Source: Schizochytrium sp. TIO01 (taxonomy: Eukaryota > Protista > Bigyra: Labyrinthulomycetes). Taken from it: a stretch of DNA of 64,000 bases. The stretch spans positions 930,001 to 994,000 of the forward strand of contig SMSO01000025.1 in assembly GCA_004764695.1 (NCBI GenBank), read 5' to 3'. Positions 25,184 to 38,075 of the stretch are shown here, piece after piece. Position numbers and translations under genes: made by a program. Numbering within the stretch: the first letter of the stretch is position 1; each line of letters opens with the position of its first letter. Under the pieces are notes generated by a model, which was not told the DNA's origin, did no database searches, and saw nothing but the letters and a program-made list of their open reading frames with translations.

Positions 25184-25929
25184 AAACGAAATAGTAATGC
25201 TTACACTATCCGAAGTCTTCGAAATCCATGAGAAGCCTGGATTCCTTACGTTCGCTTTGAGGACGGGGGCATTGTCAATTTTTGCTCGACACTTGATGAT
25301 CCAAACAAAGGTTATAGTAACCAATTTAGTAATGGCGCCAGCTTCAATAAAAGTAAAGTAGACATTTCATGTTTTCAAATTTAGAACTGTATAATCATGG
25401 AAGGTTTAAGATTTAAATTTAGACTGTCATCATTGTTCCTAGTTACTTCCAACATTCGTTGAAGAACCCACAAAAATGAACGGGCCGACCCCTCCGTCGA
25501 TAGTAAGTATTTCTAGACCTTTTAAACTAGAAACGAGTTTTCTACTTCTAAAGTATGAAGTTGTTGAAGTTCAAGCTACTGTTTTGTGCGTTCTAATTCT
25601 GAACCGCCTTGTTAGTGTGGAGAGTTCTTCATTGATAAACACCTAAAGGTCCATACTCGTGTTTGCGACTTGGGATGAAAAGTTAGAGCAACCTAGACCT
25701 AGAACTTTGAGTTGAATTAATTGATTTAAGTGTGAAAACACTGAGTGCATGATCAGACAAACATATAGATGAAGAATTAATCAGAAAATCATGAAAGCAC
25801 AGCAGCGAAAATTAAAATGCTCAAATTGTAATTTTAGGTTTCCTATGAAGTGTTTTCAAATGACTTGCCGTCAAGCCTTGCCCAATACAATCAACGACTT
25901 CGCAAGTTATCTTTCTTCGGGCAGGCCTG

Positions 25930-26991
25930 CTAAATCTTATGCACATGCTCCTTCACGTTGTGGAGGCTGGGTGAGTGACTTTGAGGAACCTTCAAGTGCC
26001 ATTGTGCTGCAAAAACACAAGCTCCGACAAAATTGCCACAGACACATGGAATGAGGTTCAAAGTGAAAATCTCATAAACTGTCAGAGATGCGCCAGCAAA
26101 GTAACCCAATGGGAGAAAGGTCATATTAGCAACTGAGTGTTCGAGGCGCATAGCAGTAAATGCAGCGATCGGAATCCAAAGGAGCGCCATCTTGGCAGCA
26201 ATATTATCTACCATAGCTGCTTGATAAACAGCAAGGTTCACAAGCCAATTTGCGCCAATAGCTTTTACAAAGACCGTTCCCGCGCTCATGCTAGTTTTCT
26301 TCACTGCAAGTCGGATAGCATCTTCTGGGGCAACAACCTCAAAATTCGCTGCAGCATAGGCAATCACGAGGCTGGCCACAAAATTACCTAGTAGAGATAT
26401 GGATAGAAGGCGAACAAAATTTTGCCACTTCTGGCTCATAGATCGCCGCGGGTCGCCAGATATAACAGGCAAAATGCCATACAGCATATTGCTCGTCAAG
26501 AGGTCTGATCCAGTAGTTATGACAAATGCAAGGCCAGCTGGAAACATCAAAGCAGCAACAAGGAAGTTAAACTCCCACACAATTCTTACATAGATGATTG
26601 CGCCAAATGCAATATAGGCTCCTCCATATAATGAAGAACCAAATAGGGCCTGAAAAGACCTCCTACCACGATCTAAGCCCTTCTCGTTCAATTCGACGAA
26701 AGTACGCGCTTGCGCATTCAATTGGCGCGGCTCTCCCGACTCTCCTGCGCCTCGTCTCATCCCACCTGCTACATGCTCAGGGTCCATGACTCCTTCGCTA
26801 AGGAATGGTACGTTACTTGAAATTGAGATATTGCTGTTGCTACCGCTGGAGGCAGCAGCACTGGCCTCATCTTGGTGTGGCAGCGATGAGCCAACGCTTG
26901 CCAGGCTTGTTGGTGTATGACCTATTGCGGCAGATAAGAATCCTGCACCAGAATCATGAGCTGGTTCCACACTGCTTCGAAGGCCAAACAT
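25930..26991 (-). CDS. Formate/nitrite transporter (FNT family)
   Basis: FPAGLAFVITTGSDLLTSN, GNFV, KAIGANWLVNLA, EHSVANM, NLIPCVCGNFVG. First ATG at 26991 (the ORF track starts at an upstream TTG). Confidence 0.92.
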   Translation of the reverse strand: MFGLRSSVEPAHDSGAGFLSAAIGHTPTSLASVGSSLPHQDEASAAASSGSNSNISISSNVPFLSEGVMDPEHVAGGMRRGAGESGEPRQLNAQARTFVELNEKGLDRGRRSFQALFGSSLYGGAYIAFGAIIYVRIVWEFNFLVAALMFPAGLAFVITTGSDLLTSNMLYGILPVISGDPRRSMSQKWQNFVRLLSISLLGNFVASLVIAYAAANFEVVAPEDAIRLAVKKTSMSAGTVFVKAIGANWLVNLAVYQAAMVDNIAAKMALLWIPIAAFTAMRLEHSVANMTFLPLGYFAGASLTVYEIFTLNLIPCVCGNFVGACVFAAQWHLKVPQSHSPSLHNVKEHVHKI

Positions 26992-28263
26992 CTTTAGAAC
27001 TGTTGCAGTAATACTACAACCTCTGCAAATGATTGGGAATTTGGAGCTCAAGGTTGACTGCCGACTCCTCCAAAGCCGGCAGCCATGAAAAAGAAAAGAA
27101 AAAACAGTCTTTAATTAAAAAATAAAATAAAAAATATTGATACGACTTAAGATATATACTTATTGTTACTCTTCTTTTTTTCTATTATTATTGGTATAAT
27201 TCGACCCTATTTAATATTGAAGACTTGAAGCTACTATTGTTTGCATCCATTACAAAACTCGAAAGCACGAGGGACAAGCTCAATCAGGGCTCTAAGAGTT
27301 CTGACCTTCCCTTTTTTCCACCTTATAATAATAATAATAATATTGTTGTTATTATTATTATTAATACAGAAAGGTTCACTAACTAATACTACTTATGTTC
27401 GTTGCTAGCCTAAATAATTTCAAAGCATCCTCTAGAGTAAAACCACAATCTGAGTTAAACCTTTTTGAAGAGTAGCAATAAGTAGTTAGGACTCAAAAAT
27501 ATAACATGAAAACTCTTCATTTCCGGCGAAAGGCACTTCGCATATTCTTTATTCTGGATCATGACATGAAACTTGACGTTGAGTTGACCGAGCATGGTCA
27601 TACAGACATTGATAATAAATGAGAGTCGATGTTGTTGCAAGCTGTGGTCAACCCTAACTACCTATGTTTGCCAACAAGACTTACATGATCTGAAGTGCCT
27701 ACTATGCTCTCCCTAGTCAGAGACGATTTTAGTACTACCTGGATAAAAACTCGAGTTTAAACGATCAATGATACGCTATACCACTCTCACCAGTCAGAGG
27801 CTATTTGTAGAAAATTTTCACTTTGGTAGAGTCTCGACTAAAAGTAATGACTCATACCTTAGTGCACGAGCATTCGGAGATTTTTTCCCTTTGAGTTTCC
27901 GCCCAAGTCTTACTAAATACTCGAGTTAAAATATCTTATACATTTCTGTAATTTTATTCTGTGAGAATATTTCTCGAAATTAAAACACAGAATAAATTCT
28001 GCCTTAGTCTATATACACCTTGTTTCAATATATCACAAGCGTATGCCCCTTGCCATTACTGATTCAAACATGACGCATAACTTTGGACTTATGGGCTCCG
28101 AATAAAACGCAACACATTTTACTCTCTTTAATTAGCGTTTCCTAATGTGTCATGAATGGTGCTTAGAGTTAGGGCTAGGCAAAGAAAGGCTCAATTCTTC
28201 CATAAATTTTATTTCTCTATTTTGAACATAGGACGAGTGAAAACTTGAATCAGACTACGCTCC

Positions 28264-28464
28264 TATTGAAGTAATATACAGCTACTGACCTAACCTAACC
28301 TAACCTAACCTAGCTCTCCTATCTGTTGGACTGACATCATACATTCATCCCTGCCTGTATCCAGACCCGAAACCCCAATAACTCATATATCATCCTCTTT
28401 CTCTTTCTCCTGAGTTCGTCATCCTTGCTGGGCCGCTTCACAGCACAAGCTACTCTGCAATAGA
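28264..28464. repeat. Dispersed repeat, copy 2 of 1405-1680, with a (TAACC)4 tract
   Basis: Direct sequence similarity to 1405-1680; lacks the 14-bp expansion. Confidence 0.9.
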
Positions 28465-29211
28465 TCCCTAACAGTTCAAGTTTAGGTAGCCCCTGGGTAT
28501 AAAGAATGGGCTGAGTCTTGATTCATGCCACTCTCAGGGTTCCATGTTGGTGTCTAGGTAGGACGTACAAATTCCATTTTCTGACAGATATGTTTTATTT
28601 AACTCAAGGAAATGTGGCGCCTGAGTGCTATTTGTGTTATTTGGGTAAAATCTCAGGTCAAAGCAAATCACTTACCAAGGTCTCTTTTGGGTTTAAAATA
28701 GTGGTGATATTCTATACTCCTAAAGTTCTAGGCCTTGCACTTAATTAGCAAGAAAACATTAGAAATAGAAATATCTAGTGGTAGTTAGTAATTGTTATAA
28801 TTCAGGCTGAATCGTCGAGTAGAACGGAGCACTTCATCGTATGAAGGTTTTTAATTAAATTAAACAAGCATCCAAGTTATAAAACTAAGGGGGTGTTAAA
28901 TCTTCAATTTGTCTTTTATGATTACACTATCGTACCATAGTAGAAGGTCTTGTAAAGAACTACAGCTACAGGTAAAAAGGGATAGGGGTATGTTTTGACT
29001 TGAGGTTTTGCCGTGGCAAGTATAAGGATGAATAGTTCTTGCTAAGGGTGTAGTGACAGACTGAGGTAGTTCTTAGGTGCAATCATGTTATTCCTACTCT
29101 AGTACTACAGGCCCTAACCCTTGATACAAGTAGGCGAGATTGAAATTAGCCTTGCGTATGAAAAGTGAAGTCTGGCATCAGAGCCAAAACGAATTTTATT
29201 AAACGAGCGCC

Positions 29212-31448
29212 ATGGCAGCCCGCACTCCGCTGGTCGAGCTTATCAATGTTGCTGTTCGCCCTTTCCGCACCCCAGGCACCTCTCTATACCTCACGGGCCG
29301 CGCAAAGACTGCCCAAGATCATGCCAAAGTGCAGCAATCTCAGGCAAAGGTTCTGCTGCCCGGCACGAGTTGGGCAATCCAAGAAAACGAGCACTGGCTA
29401 GTTGTCGGCCCGAACGGGTGTGGAAAAAGTAAGTTATTTAATACACATGTCCTTGTCAATCTGAGTTTCACATACTTTTTTAGCAGAGGATTTCTTCTTT
29501 TTGTTGACATAGGGGTTTATTTTGACTCTACATGGTTTTGCTGGTAAAACACACAACGTTGAAGTTGAGCCATCTTGATATCAACCTCGCATTATGGCTG
29601 TTAATCACCCCTTTTCATTTCTAAGTGAAGTGGTTCAATATGATGTCTTACGCGTGTTCATTTTTTCCATTAATATATTTTCATAAAACAGGTACTCTGG
29701 CTCAGGCACTTCGAAATGGTGCACAGATTTTAGGGGGACAAGTTCGGCATCGTGAAGATTGTACGCCTCGAAATATTGCATACATATCCCTACGTGCCAG
29801 TGACGCAAAGCTTGCTGAGCAAGCTCGTCGTGTCCAAGAACTAGGAACTTGGGATAGGCTCACACATAAAGATCTCAATGTAGACCGCCTCATTGATCCA
29901 AAAGCCATGGAGGAGAACCAACATCTTCTTCATCTTGGAATCGGAGATCTTCTAAACAGACATGTACTAGAGCTGTCTACAGGCCAGCTGCGCAAACTTT
30001 GCATTGCTAAAGAACTACTGAAAAAGCCCCGCATATGCATTTTTGATGAGCCGTTTGATGGTCTTGATGCCGACTCACGGCATTCTCTTGCGCAACTTCT
30101 GGCTCAGCCTGGGCCTACCCAGACAATCTTGATCTCGCATAGGATCAACGAGATCAATGAAGTACCCGGTATTACCCATATTCTTGAGATTGGAGATGAT
30201 AACCAAGTGCATCGAATGGGCCCCAAGGATCAAGTTTTTGGAGACCACATCCTTCAACATCTTGATCATAGCTCACGCACTGGTGGTAAATTTGATGCCT
30301 CCAAACTGTCACAAGAGGTCAGTCGACTTATGAATGCATCTTCTAATATTGCCAAGACAGCTGAAGGTCAACTTCAACCTAAACCTACTACATTGATTGA
30401 CATGAGTAATGTCCAGGTTAAGTTTGGGGATACTGTCATTCTCAAAGATCTTTCCTGGGTAGTTAAACCTGGCCAGCACTGGAGTATTGAGGGACCGAAT
30501 GGCTCCGGAGTAAGTTAGTAATTTTGAGCTCGCAAAGCTGCTACCTACATACATGGATAGTACCACCATGCTCTCATCAATTTTTGGAGAAATTGGAGAA
30601 CTAATGACAAAAAATTGATCTCTGGACTCAAATATGTCTGGCTTGAGAAAAAAACTGCAAACAGAAATCAATGATGCTTGGTCTTGTTACCGGCGAAGTC
30701 CCCCAGGTATTCAACAATGAAGTATACCTCTTTGATGAGCCTCGCAGTAAGATGTCTCTGGAAAAACTTCGCAAACGTGTAGGCATGGTCTCTGCCAAAA
30801 TGCAGACTCAATTCCAGCAGTCGCACCAAACAGCCCTTCGTGCGATATGCACGGGTTATTTCAGCCTCATTGGTGGCCCGTGTCCGCCTTGCAGGTAAGT
30901 CTAAGGTCTCATGTATATAACCCCAAAAAGTAAAACAATGGTGCTTTGTTGCAGCTACAAACTGAAAGGCTTCCGACACTTGAATCATGACAAGAATTTT
31001 AAGGGTAAAGTGAACGAGATTACTGACTAAAGCAATATCAAATTGAATGTTTGATTTATGCACCACGCACCGCGCCATCTATGTCATTTATATCGTAACA
31101 AATGATAGTCAGGAACAAGAGGAGCATGCTCGAGCTTGGGCTGAATGCTTAGGGCTCACTAATTTGCTTGAGCGCCGCTTCACTTCATTGTCACAAGGTC
31201 AGCAACGTCTCGTCCTGATCTGTCGAGCATTGGCAGCAGGGCCACCGGAACTTCTTCTTCTTGACGAGCCATTTCATGGGTTGGATGCACTTGTAAGACA
31301 ACGGATGCTCGTAGTTCTTGAAGCAATCAGCAAGAATTGCACCATAGTACTTGTAACGCATCACGCAGACGAACGTCCAACTTTTATTCGCAATCGCATG
31401 ATCATGAATCCTCAGGATAAACCAACTCTTCTTTGTTTAGAAGATTAA
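29212..31448 (+). CDS. ModF-like soluble ABC ATPase with two nucleotide-binding domains; exons 29212-29428, 29692-30509, 30665-30894, 31109-31448
   Basis: Walker A motifs GPNGCGKST and GPNGSGKS are each rebuilt across GT-AG introns. Signatures LSTGQ and LSQGQ; Walker B IFDEPFDGLD and LLDEPFHGLD; H-loops; no TM domain. Confidence 0.88.
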
Positions 31449-34400
31449 GCAATTTTTCAAGTTCATCTCCTTGTAGCGCAGCAAGGCCGAGCAAATGGCT
31501 TGGTTGCGGAAAAAGAAATCCATGGGCCTCTCCAAATTTATCCTGCGTTTGATCGCAGTTTGTTTGACTAAGTATTTCTAGCCACAAAGTGTCAGGGAAA
31601 CGCGTGACCAGTGCAACAAGCACACGGAACGCAATATCATGATATTCGGTCCTATTCAATAGTTGAGAGCAATACTGAGCAATTCTCAAGACCCCTTTGC
31701 GCAGACCTGAAGACAAACGAAGCTTTGAGAATGCAACCTCAGTACATTGCAACACAACATTGACTAGATCAATTTTGTGTCGCTCTTGATGTCCATGGAA
31801 ATTATGATAAGATACTACATCATCTAAAACTGCATTCGTGACCTTCCATGGTCCATTCTCAATATATCTGCGAGACATAAATTCTGGTGCTAGGCGCAAA
31901 GAAATTTCGACTACGTGAAAGCACGCGCCCAAAACTGCTGCTGATTCTTCGTTTGCAAGACATTCTTCAATACCCTCCCAAGTATCATGAATTACGGGCA
32001 ACAGTTCGTCTTCGTTCCCCTGGAGATTTCGCAGTCCAACTTCCAAACACTCCATTGCAAGTCTTTTTTGTCTAATATCGTCGCTGCTTTGGGTGAAAAA
32101 GCGGCAGTCCATCAAAATGTCTTTAGACAATTTCTCTCTGAAGCTTAAGGGCCGTTTTGCATCATTCGCGGTTCCTGCATCGGAATCGGAATCGTCTTCG
32201 TTGCCGCCGTTCCCATCTTCCTTAAGGTGCCCATCATCACTACTCATGGTAGAATCACACGCTTGTGCAAAATCAACGTCCGTATCCTTTGAAACACCCT
32301 GTATTGTACTTTCAAAGTCATGCAGAAGACTCTCAATAGGATCGGAATAGACGCTTTCAGATGGATCTATGGAGCTAGAATCCAAAGAATCGTCTACTCT
32401 TTCATCGCTCACTTGGAGATTTGCTGTCCATTCCATTGCAGCTTTGAGTACCGCAAGCAATGGTCCAATTAAGCTTGTTTTGCGAAATTTATCGCTCCCA
32501 TTTCCACACTGTTTAAGGGCGCGTAAAACACCATGGACCAGGTCATTCAGGAATGGCTCTAGGGTAGGAAAAAGGACTCCTTGTCTAAGGATTCTTAATA
32601 AGGAAAAGAGAATGCGTGGAATTTCGGGATAATTATCAATATCTTCCAGCCACAGAGAGCAAGCATCAAGAAGGTAATCAACATTATCCTTAATGAGGTC
32701 CATACGGCTTATGTACCCACACCTAGAAGCAATAAGAGCTAACGTCGCATCCGCAGAGTCAGAAACAACTGTATCTTCACTTGAGGCGTGAGTTAAGACA
32801 GGAACCAAGACTTGAACGAGGCTGCGCTGAGCTGCCTCCTGATCAAGGTTAGAAAAACAGCGACCGAGGGTCTCGAGCTGTAAAGAAAGAATCAATCTTG
32901 GCTGTGATGTCTTCATAGCTTCCAGACATTCTTTCACGCAAGCACCGCAAGTTTCTCTGTCAACATTTGTGCAGTCAAGAAGCTTAGATAGTAGCCACCA
33001 TGCCTCTGCTTGATCACTTGAAGAATTTTTAGAAGGAAGCCCGCTAATTGGTCGGTGTACTTGAGATATTAAGTCCAGATATAGCTCTCGACAAATCAAA
33101 ATGTCCGAAAATAAAGCTTTTAGCATTCGTATTAATGCAGCGTGTGTAGGCTGTTCTTGGAAATGCATAAAACGACGTATTGGAAACGAGGCATTTAGAT
33201 CTTCCTTTCCGAGAAGTTGGACTGTGAGAGCATGCTCATTATATTCTCGTGACATTTCAATTGTTGTCAAAATAAAAGGAAGTGGAGACCATGCATCCAA
33301 TAAAACTTGCAAACGCCTTGGACCAATAGCAAGAAGGAGGGCCTCACACGTCGCCAAACGTTGTCGAAAGGGTAATTCTTTACCTAATCTCGCGTCATGA
33401 GGGAGTTTTCGAAGTGCGTCACGAAGGCACTCATCAAGAGCTGGCTCGATATAAGTTGACCAGGTACTTTCCTCGCCAGGTGATTTAGAATCACAGAGAG
33501 TCTCCATACATCTGTGACGATAGTTTATGGCAAGTTCCTGCGTTGCAACATCTTCGCTCACCTCCATAGTTATAAGAACTTCAACAAGAGTTGATAAAAG
33601 ATCCCGTTGAGCGCCAGATGGGGAGTTATCAATAATCGTGTGCGTGCATTGCTGAATGCCTTGAGACGCCAGCTCGACTAAGCTCTTTTGCGCTACCCGG
33701 CTGCCTGCACCATTGACATATTCATGGCGTAGTATAGCTCTAAGCATCACGTCAAGGCGGGCGCAAATTTCTGCCAGGTTTGCTCTGCGCCTTGGTTTGG
33801 TGCTTTGCACAAAGGCTTGCCAGGCAATATTGTCACCTTCTGCAAGAGTTAAATCTGGACCACGTTCTTCCGTATCTGGATTTAGTTCTCTCTGATCATC
33901 AAGGACACTCCAGATAGCCACTGACCAGGCATCTAATGCTGCTCCTCGTACAATAGAACCTGATTTAAAGTCTTCCATGATTATTGAGCCTAGTGCACTT
34001 GAGACACCAGGGAGGACGACTTCTATCACATTGGCATCCACAGTATTTGCTCCGGCGAGGAAAATTTTGACCAGTCTTAAACATTGAACTCGAAGCTGGC
34101 GCGCACGTACAGACTTGGCCATTGTTAGGAGTTGTAAAATAGCATGCATAAATAGACCATGTAACACATTATTCGTCTCGGAAGAAGACACAAGAGCTTG
34201 CCACACATTTCTTGGGCATTCTTTTGAGCCAGCTTCAGGACTGCCTAGTGCAGTCTCAAGGGTCTCTAGCGCACTGCGCAGTACCTCTTCTTGATTACTA
34301 CTTTTGGCATGATTGAAGAAGAATATCCCCTCTGCTTCCAATGCAGGCAATGTTACATCGAGGACTTGCACAGCGATGTCAGGCCTCTCCAAAATAAATG

Positions 34401-34836
34401 AGCTGCTGCAATGTCGGAGGAGTGCACATAGACATTGAATAAGCGAAATCCAGGTCCGTTCGCTCCACGGAGTCGTTATAGATGAAGAGGGTGGTGGTAT
34501 TTGGTTTTGTTTTATCGTTCCTGGCAAAAAAGGGGACACAGAATGAGAAGCCTCTGAAGCTTGATTCTTCACGGCTATGAGTGACGGCAAGCCTCTGAAC
34601 AGTGGAAGTAACACATATTCTATACATTGCTGAAGCTCAAAGGGTGCTAGCTGTTGAGTGGCAATAGCTGTCAGCTTGTCACAGAGCGTGCGGAGCTTGG
34701 TCTCCTCTTGAGCATCATAGACTTGCACATCTTGTCCAACTTTTTCGCAAACCATTCGCATTAGATCCGTACATATTGGCTTGAGAACGTCAAAGCCAAT
34801 ACAACTACTTAGCTCGCGCGAGCCCCTGTCCATCAT
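31402..34836 (-). CDS. TTI1: TELO2-interacting protein 1 (TTT complex), HEAT-repeat protein
   Basis: About 1140 aa, helical. Recognised segments LKPIC..L, EYVLLPL, LPGVSSAL, LIKDNVDYLLD, LLPVIHDTW, EFMSRR. Likely start MMDRG at 34836. Confidence 0.8.
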   Translation of the reverse strand: MMDRGSRELSSCIGFDVLKPICTDLMRMVCEKVGQDVQVYDAQEETKLRTLCDKLTAIATQQLAPFELQQCIEYVLLPLFRGLPSLIAVKNQASEASHSVSPFLPGTIKQNQIPPPSSSITTPWSERTWISLIQCLCALLRHCSSSFILERPDIAVQVLDVTLPALEAEGIFFFNHAKSSNQEEVLRSALETLETALGSPEAGSKECPRNVWQALVSSSETNNVLHGLFMHAILQLLTMAKSVRARQLRVQCLRLVKIFLAGANTVDANVIEVVLPGVSSALGSIIMEDFKSGSIVRGAALDAWSVAIWSVLDDQRELNPDTEERGPDLTLAEGDNIAWQAFVQSTKPRRRANLAEICARLDVMLRAILRHEYVNGAGSRVAQKSLVELASQGIQQCTHTIIDNSPSGAQRDLLSTLVEVLITMEVSEDVATQELAINYRHRCMETLCDSKSPGEESTWSTYIEPALDECLRDALRKLPHDARLGKELPFRQRLATCEALLLAIGPRRLQVLLDAWSPLPFILTTIEMSREYNEHALTVQLLGKEDLNASFPIRRFMHFQEQPTHAALIRMLKALFSDILICRELYLDLISQVHRPISGLPSKNSSSDQAEAWWLLSKLLDCTNVDRETCGACVKECLEAMKTSQPRLILSLQLETLGRCFSNLDQEAAQRSLVQVLVPVLTHASSEDTVVSDSADATLALIASRCGYISRMDLIKDNVDYLLDACSLWLEDIDNYPEIPRILFSLLRILRQGVLFPTLEPFLNDLVHGVLRALKQCGNGSDKFRKTSLIGPLLAVLKAAMEWTANLQVSDERVDDSLDSSSIDPSESVYSDPIESLLHDFESTIQGVSKDTDVDFAQACDSTMSSDDGHLKEDGNGGNEDDSDSDAGTANDAKRPLSFREKLSKDILMDCRFFTQSSDDIRQKRLAMECLEVGLRNLQGNEDELLPVIHDTWEGIEECLANEESAAVLGACFHVVEISLRLAPEFMSRRYIENGPWKVTNAVLDDVVSYHNFHGHQERHKIDLVNVVLQCTEVAFSKLRLSSGLRKGVLRIAQYCSQLLNRTEYHDIAFRVLVALVTRFPDTLWLEILSQTNCDQTQDKFGEAHGFLFPQPSHLLGLAALQGDELEKLLNLLNKEELVYPEDS

Positions 34837-35657
34837 GAAGGAATAAGTAAAGCGGGGTTTAGCCTGGGTGATAAGAGAGTATCGTGGGATGTGACACTCC
34901 AGTGTCTTGCGGTGAACCAAGAGATTTATTATCACAAAAAAAAAATTCAAGCATGCATAAATATTATCACCTATGAAAAAGTTAGAGGGAACACAGGGAA
35001 TGTTTGGAATATCCAAGGTACACCAACATGAAATAAAGATGCTAGATGCGGTCGGACTTCCACATCTCTATGCATTATTTTGCTACCTTCTGACTAGCAA
35101 GGTCTCAAACGAAAAGGATGAGCCTTTCCCTATACTTGATACTCTAAGATCTTAGCATGTTGTGAGAATAATAACTAATCAATTTCGAGCTAAGTACTAT
35201 ACATCAGCAACTCAACTAGTTTGGTAAGCATTGAAGTTGACTTTTAGAAACTATGATTTAGCGACAAGTCCTAACAATATCGCATCGAGCCACCTTATTA
35301 CTAATATTCTCCTGCTTCTTGCCTAACATCCTACTAAATCTTTTTACACCTGCGAAATCAACAGGAGTACCCAAAGTTGTTAATTTGTCTGCAAAAAGAG
35401 ATAGGTACCTACCAAGCAATTCTTGAAATGTAGAAATGTGATGGGTGGGAGAAAATCAGAATGTATAAAGTGAAGCAAAGCAGGGAAGTTAAAGGAAAAC
35501 CAACATTGCTTTGAATATGTCAAAATTTAAGTATCACAAATATAATATAGTCAGACAATCTTCAGAGGAAGAGCGTATCGCCCGGGCGCAGGTACAAAGC
35601 AATATACTCAACAAGTTATACAAAGAAAGCAAAACATATTCCTTCGCAAGTGTCTGT

Positions 35658-36132
35658 TTAAAACTGCATCATCAAGGAGCGATCTGCCGCAATTATAGAA
35701 CAGATTTTTTCATCGTTTGCTGTCCAGCGCCTCAGCCGGCATGCCATTCCTTGATGAAATACATAAAACGATAATGCAGTTTCCAGTTCGGAAGCCCTGT
35801 CAAGATCATGGAATAGGCGTAAGCATAGCACACGTATATCATTAATACCTCCTCAAAGCGTCATCTTTTTAGAAAACGAGCTATTTGCTACCTTAAACTT
35901 ACATTGATGCTTCCACTCGGATGGTGGCTTTATTAGTTCGTATGTCTACAGTTTCGACGTAGCATGAAAACCTCGCACTGCCCTTCTTGCCATAAAATGA
36001 CAGGAGGGCAGATAAGATAATGGTTGATACGAGTTTCGAGTCGATAACTGGCTCAACTTGATTCTGTGTGTCACGTGTGTTTTTAACATCACTAGAAACG
36101 TTATTGATGTTCGTCAGATGTTTTTGTCTCAT
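35658..36132 (-). CDS. Rpp14/Pop5/Pop8-like RNase P/MRP subunit; exons (>=36132)-35903 and 35796-35658; 5' end unresolved
   Basis: IILSALLSFYGKKGSA...KATIRVEAS splices via GTAAG..ACAG to MASELETALSFYVFHQGMACRLRRW, giving a pattern like the Rpp14/Pop5 fold. Confidence 0.5.
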
Positions 36133-38075
36133 GGCAGATAATGATATTTGTAAGCATATTCAGAGCTAGAAAGATGTATAGGCTTCTAAACCTGTTCGCA
36201 AATCATTTCTTCGCCTCAGGTTCATCACCCGCCGCTGCCTACTGATAATAGCTGCTCCATCTTCCAGCCTTCGCTGACTGCTTGGGTTACTTATTCTATT
36301 TTCCTCATCTTGAAACTTAACTTACACCCTGAGTGACAGAGCCATCATATCTGGTTGATTGCTGACGCACTCCATATTGATTGCGCTCCTTTAATTGTCG
36401 CCCGTACTCAAGTCGTACAATCCTGCCAAGACAATCACTTTTGATAAACTCTTGCTGGCCCTGCCTTCAAAGGTCTCATGATTGGTCGTTCCCATATACT
36501 AGTGCTGTCCTACTGCTACTATTTGTACTAATGTATAATGTTTTAGTATATATTTAGGCTTAGGCTTAAGCTTTAGCTTAGTATATTACCTAGGTCTTGA
36601 ATTTTCACCCAAAACACTTGAAGTAAAAGAGCGACCTCTAATTTCAAATTGCATGACTATCTAATCTGCGTCAATTTCATACACCTCGTGTAGGTCACTG
36701 GGATTTTACCCATGAGTAATTTGACGCAAAAGAAAGCACTAGGGTTTTATACTAAACAATTATCACATCGGTGTATGATTTTTTACAGATTTTCGTCACA
36801 ACAGCTTAATCCAGGTGAATTAATCAAAAGTATAATTGCCGGGGATTAGGTTTTATTTCAGTATCGAGAAAATTGCTTTTTATATATGCGAGGTCGAATC
36901 AAATATTCTATTTTATTTCTTTCTAAATAGCGAGAGTGTCATAATAGTTCTACTGTCAGATTCCGGACCTCTTTTGAGGATTAACTGGCCTGCAAGACTT
37001 GATCTTATTATCGGTAACAAGTTCCTGGGGATTTATGGCAGCTGGTCAATTCTCAAACCAAGCTGTAAGAGATGAAAACCAAAATTAGACAATTTAAGTA
37101 CCATTCTATTTATCAAGATTGGTAGCATATTGTCGATTACCCGTACTTAAGGGGAGGTATTTAAAACTAATAAACCTTGGTACTGTTTGTGTCCCTGGTA
37201 GTAATTGATAAATTCATAATATAGTGGAATGACTTTAAATAATGTAAAATAAAATAAGGAAATTAAAAAACACCTTATTCTGTTGATGTCTTTAATTTAT
37301 CGTGATGGCGCAATGTGTCGAAGGTAGAACTAAGCTTGAATATTGGCTCTTGCCTCTCTCACGCTGCGATAATTCACGAACGTGGTCAGAATGTTCTAGG
37401 CAGTTTTTCTACTTTAAGGCTGCGAGCTTTCAAATAATTTGACATGTAATTTAGTATGGTGGTACATAAATCACACTCACATAATATTAGTTTCCTGAAT
37501 GTGGATACTTAGAGTAGTACCTTCTATGGAGCAAAACAGTATATTAACAGCATGGTATGCTATATGCTTTGACTTGAGCTTATACTCGAATAGAAGGATT
37601 GACCAGAGGTACTGTACACGTTTCAAGTTTCACCAAAAGCTTATCCTTGAGATATCTGTAGTACGTAAGGTAGACGTGCAATGTAGAATAAAGGAATAAC
37701 CTCTTGCTTAGTGAGAGTGCTATGCATATAGAGTCCTACTTAGGTTTGCTATATATAGAGGATGTAACTAATACTCCTAACACCTAAGGATAATCAACTA
37801 AAGGCCTACTTAATACGTAGTAGCGAAGGTTGGTAGTGGTGATAGTATATTCTAGTAATAAGTGCTTGCTTAATTCTTTACAACAAAATAATATAAAGTT
37901 ATTAAGTGAGTGAGTGGTGGAGAACTCCAAGGCAGTCATTGGAATCAGGACTAATACTACCACGCGTGACCAGATTTCGACCAGGCAGTCTAAAACCAAG
38001 CCAAGCAGGCCCAGCACAGGCTCTCAACGCAACAAAGGAGGCTAACAAATAAGCAAGTCTGTTTGCGTTAGTGCA

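Noticed and set aside
27325-27363. (AAT)n/(ATT)n inverted microsatellite; also (AAAAGAGTAT)3 at 11431-11460
   Set aside because: Ordinary low-complexity sequence.
19091-29122. Telomere-like CCCTAACCCT at ~19091 and ~29113
   Set aside because: Under two units each; too short to call interstitial telomeres or telo-boxes.
34837-35016. N-terminal 60 aa of the 1204-aa ORF
   Set aside because: Non-ATG start and AT-rich composition; TTI1 more plausibly starts at 34836 or 34833.
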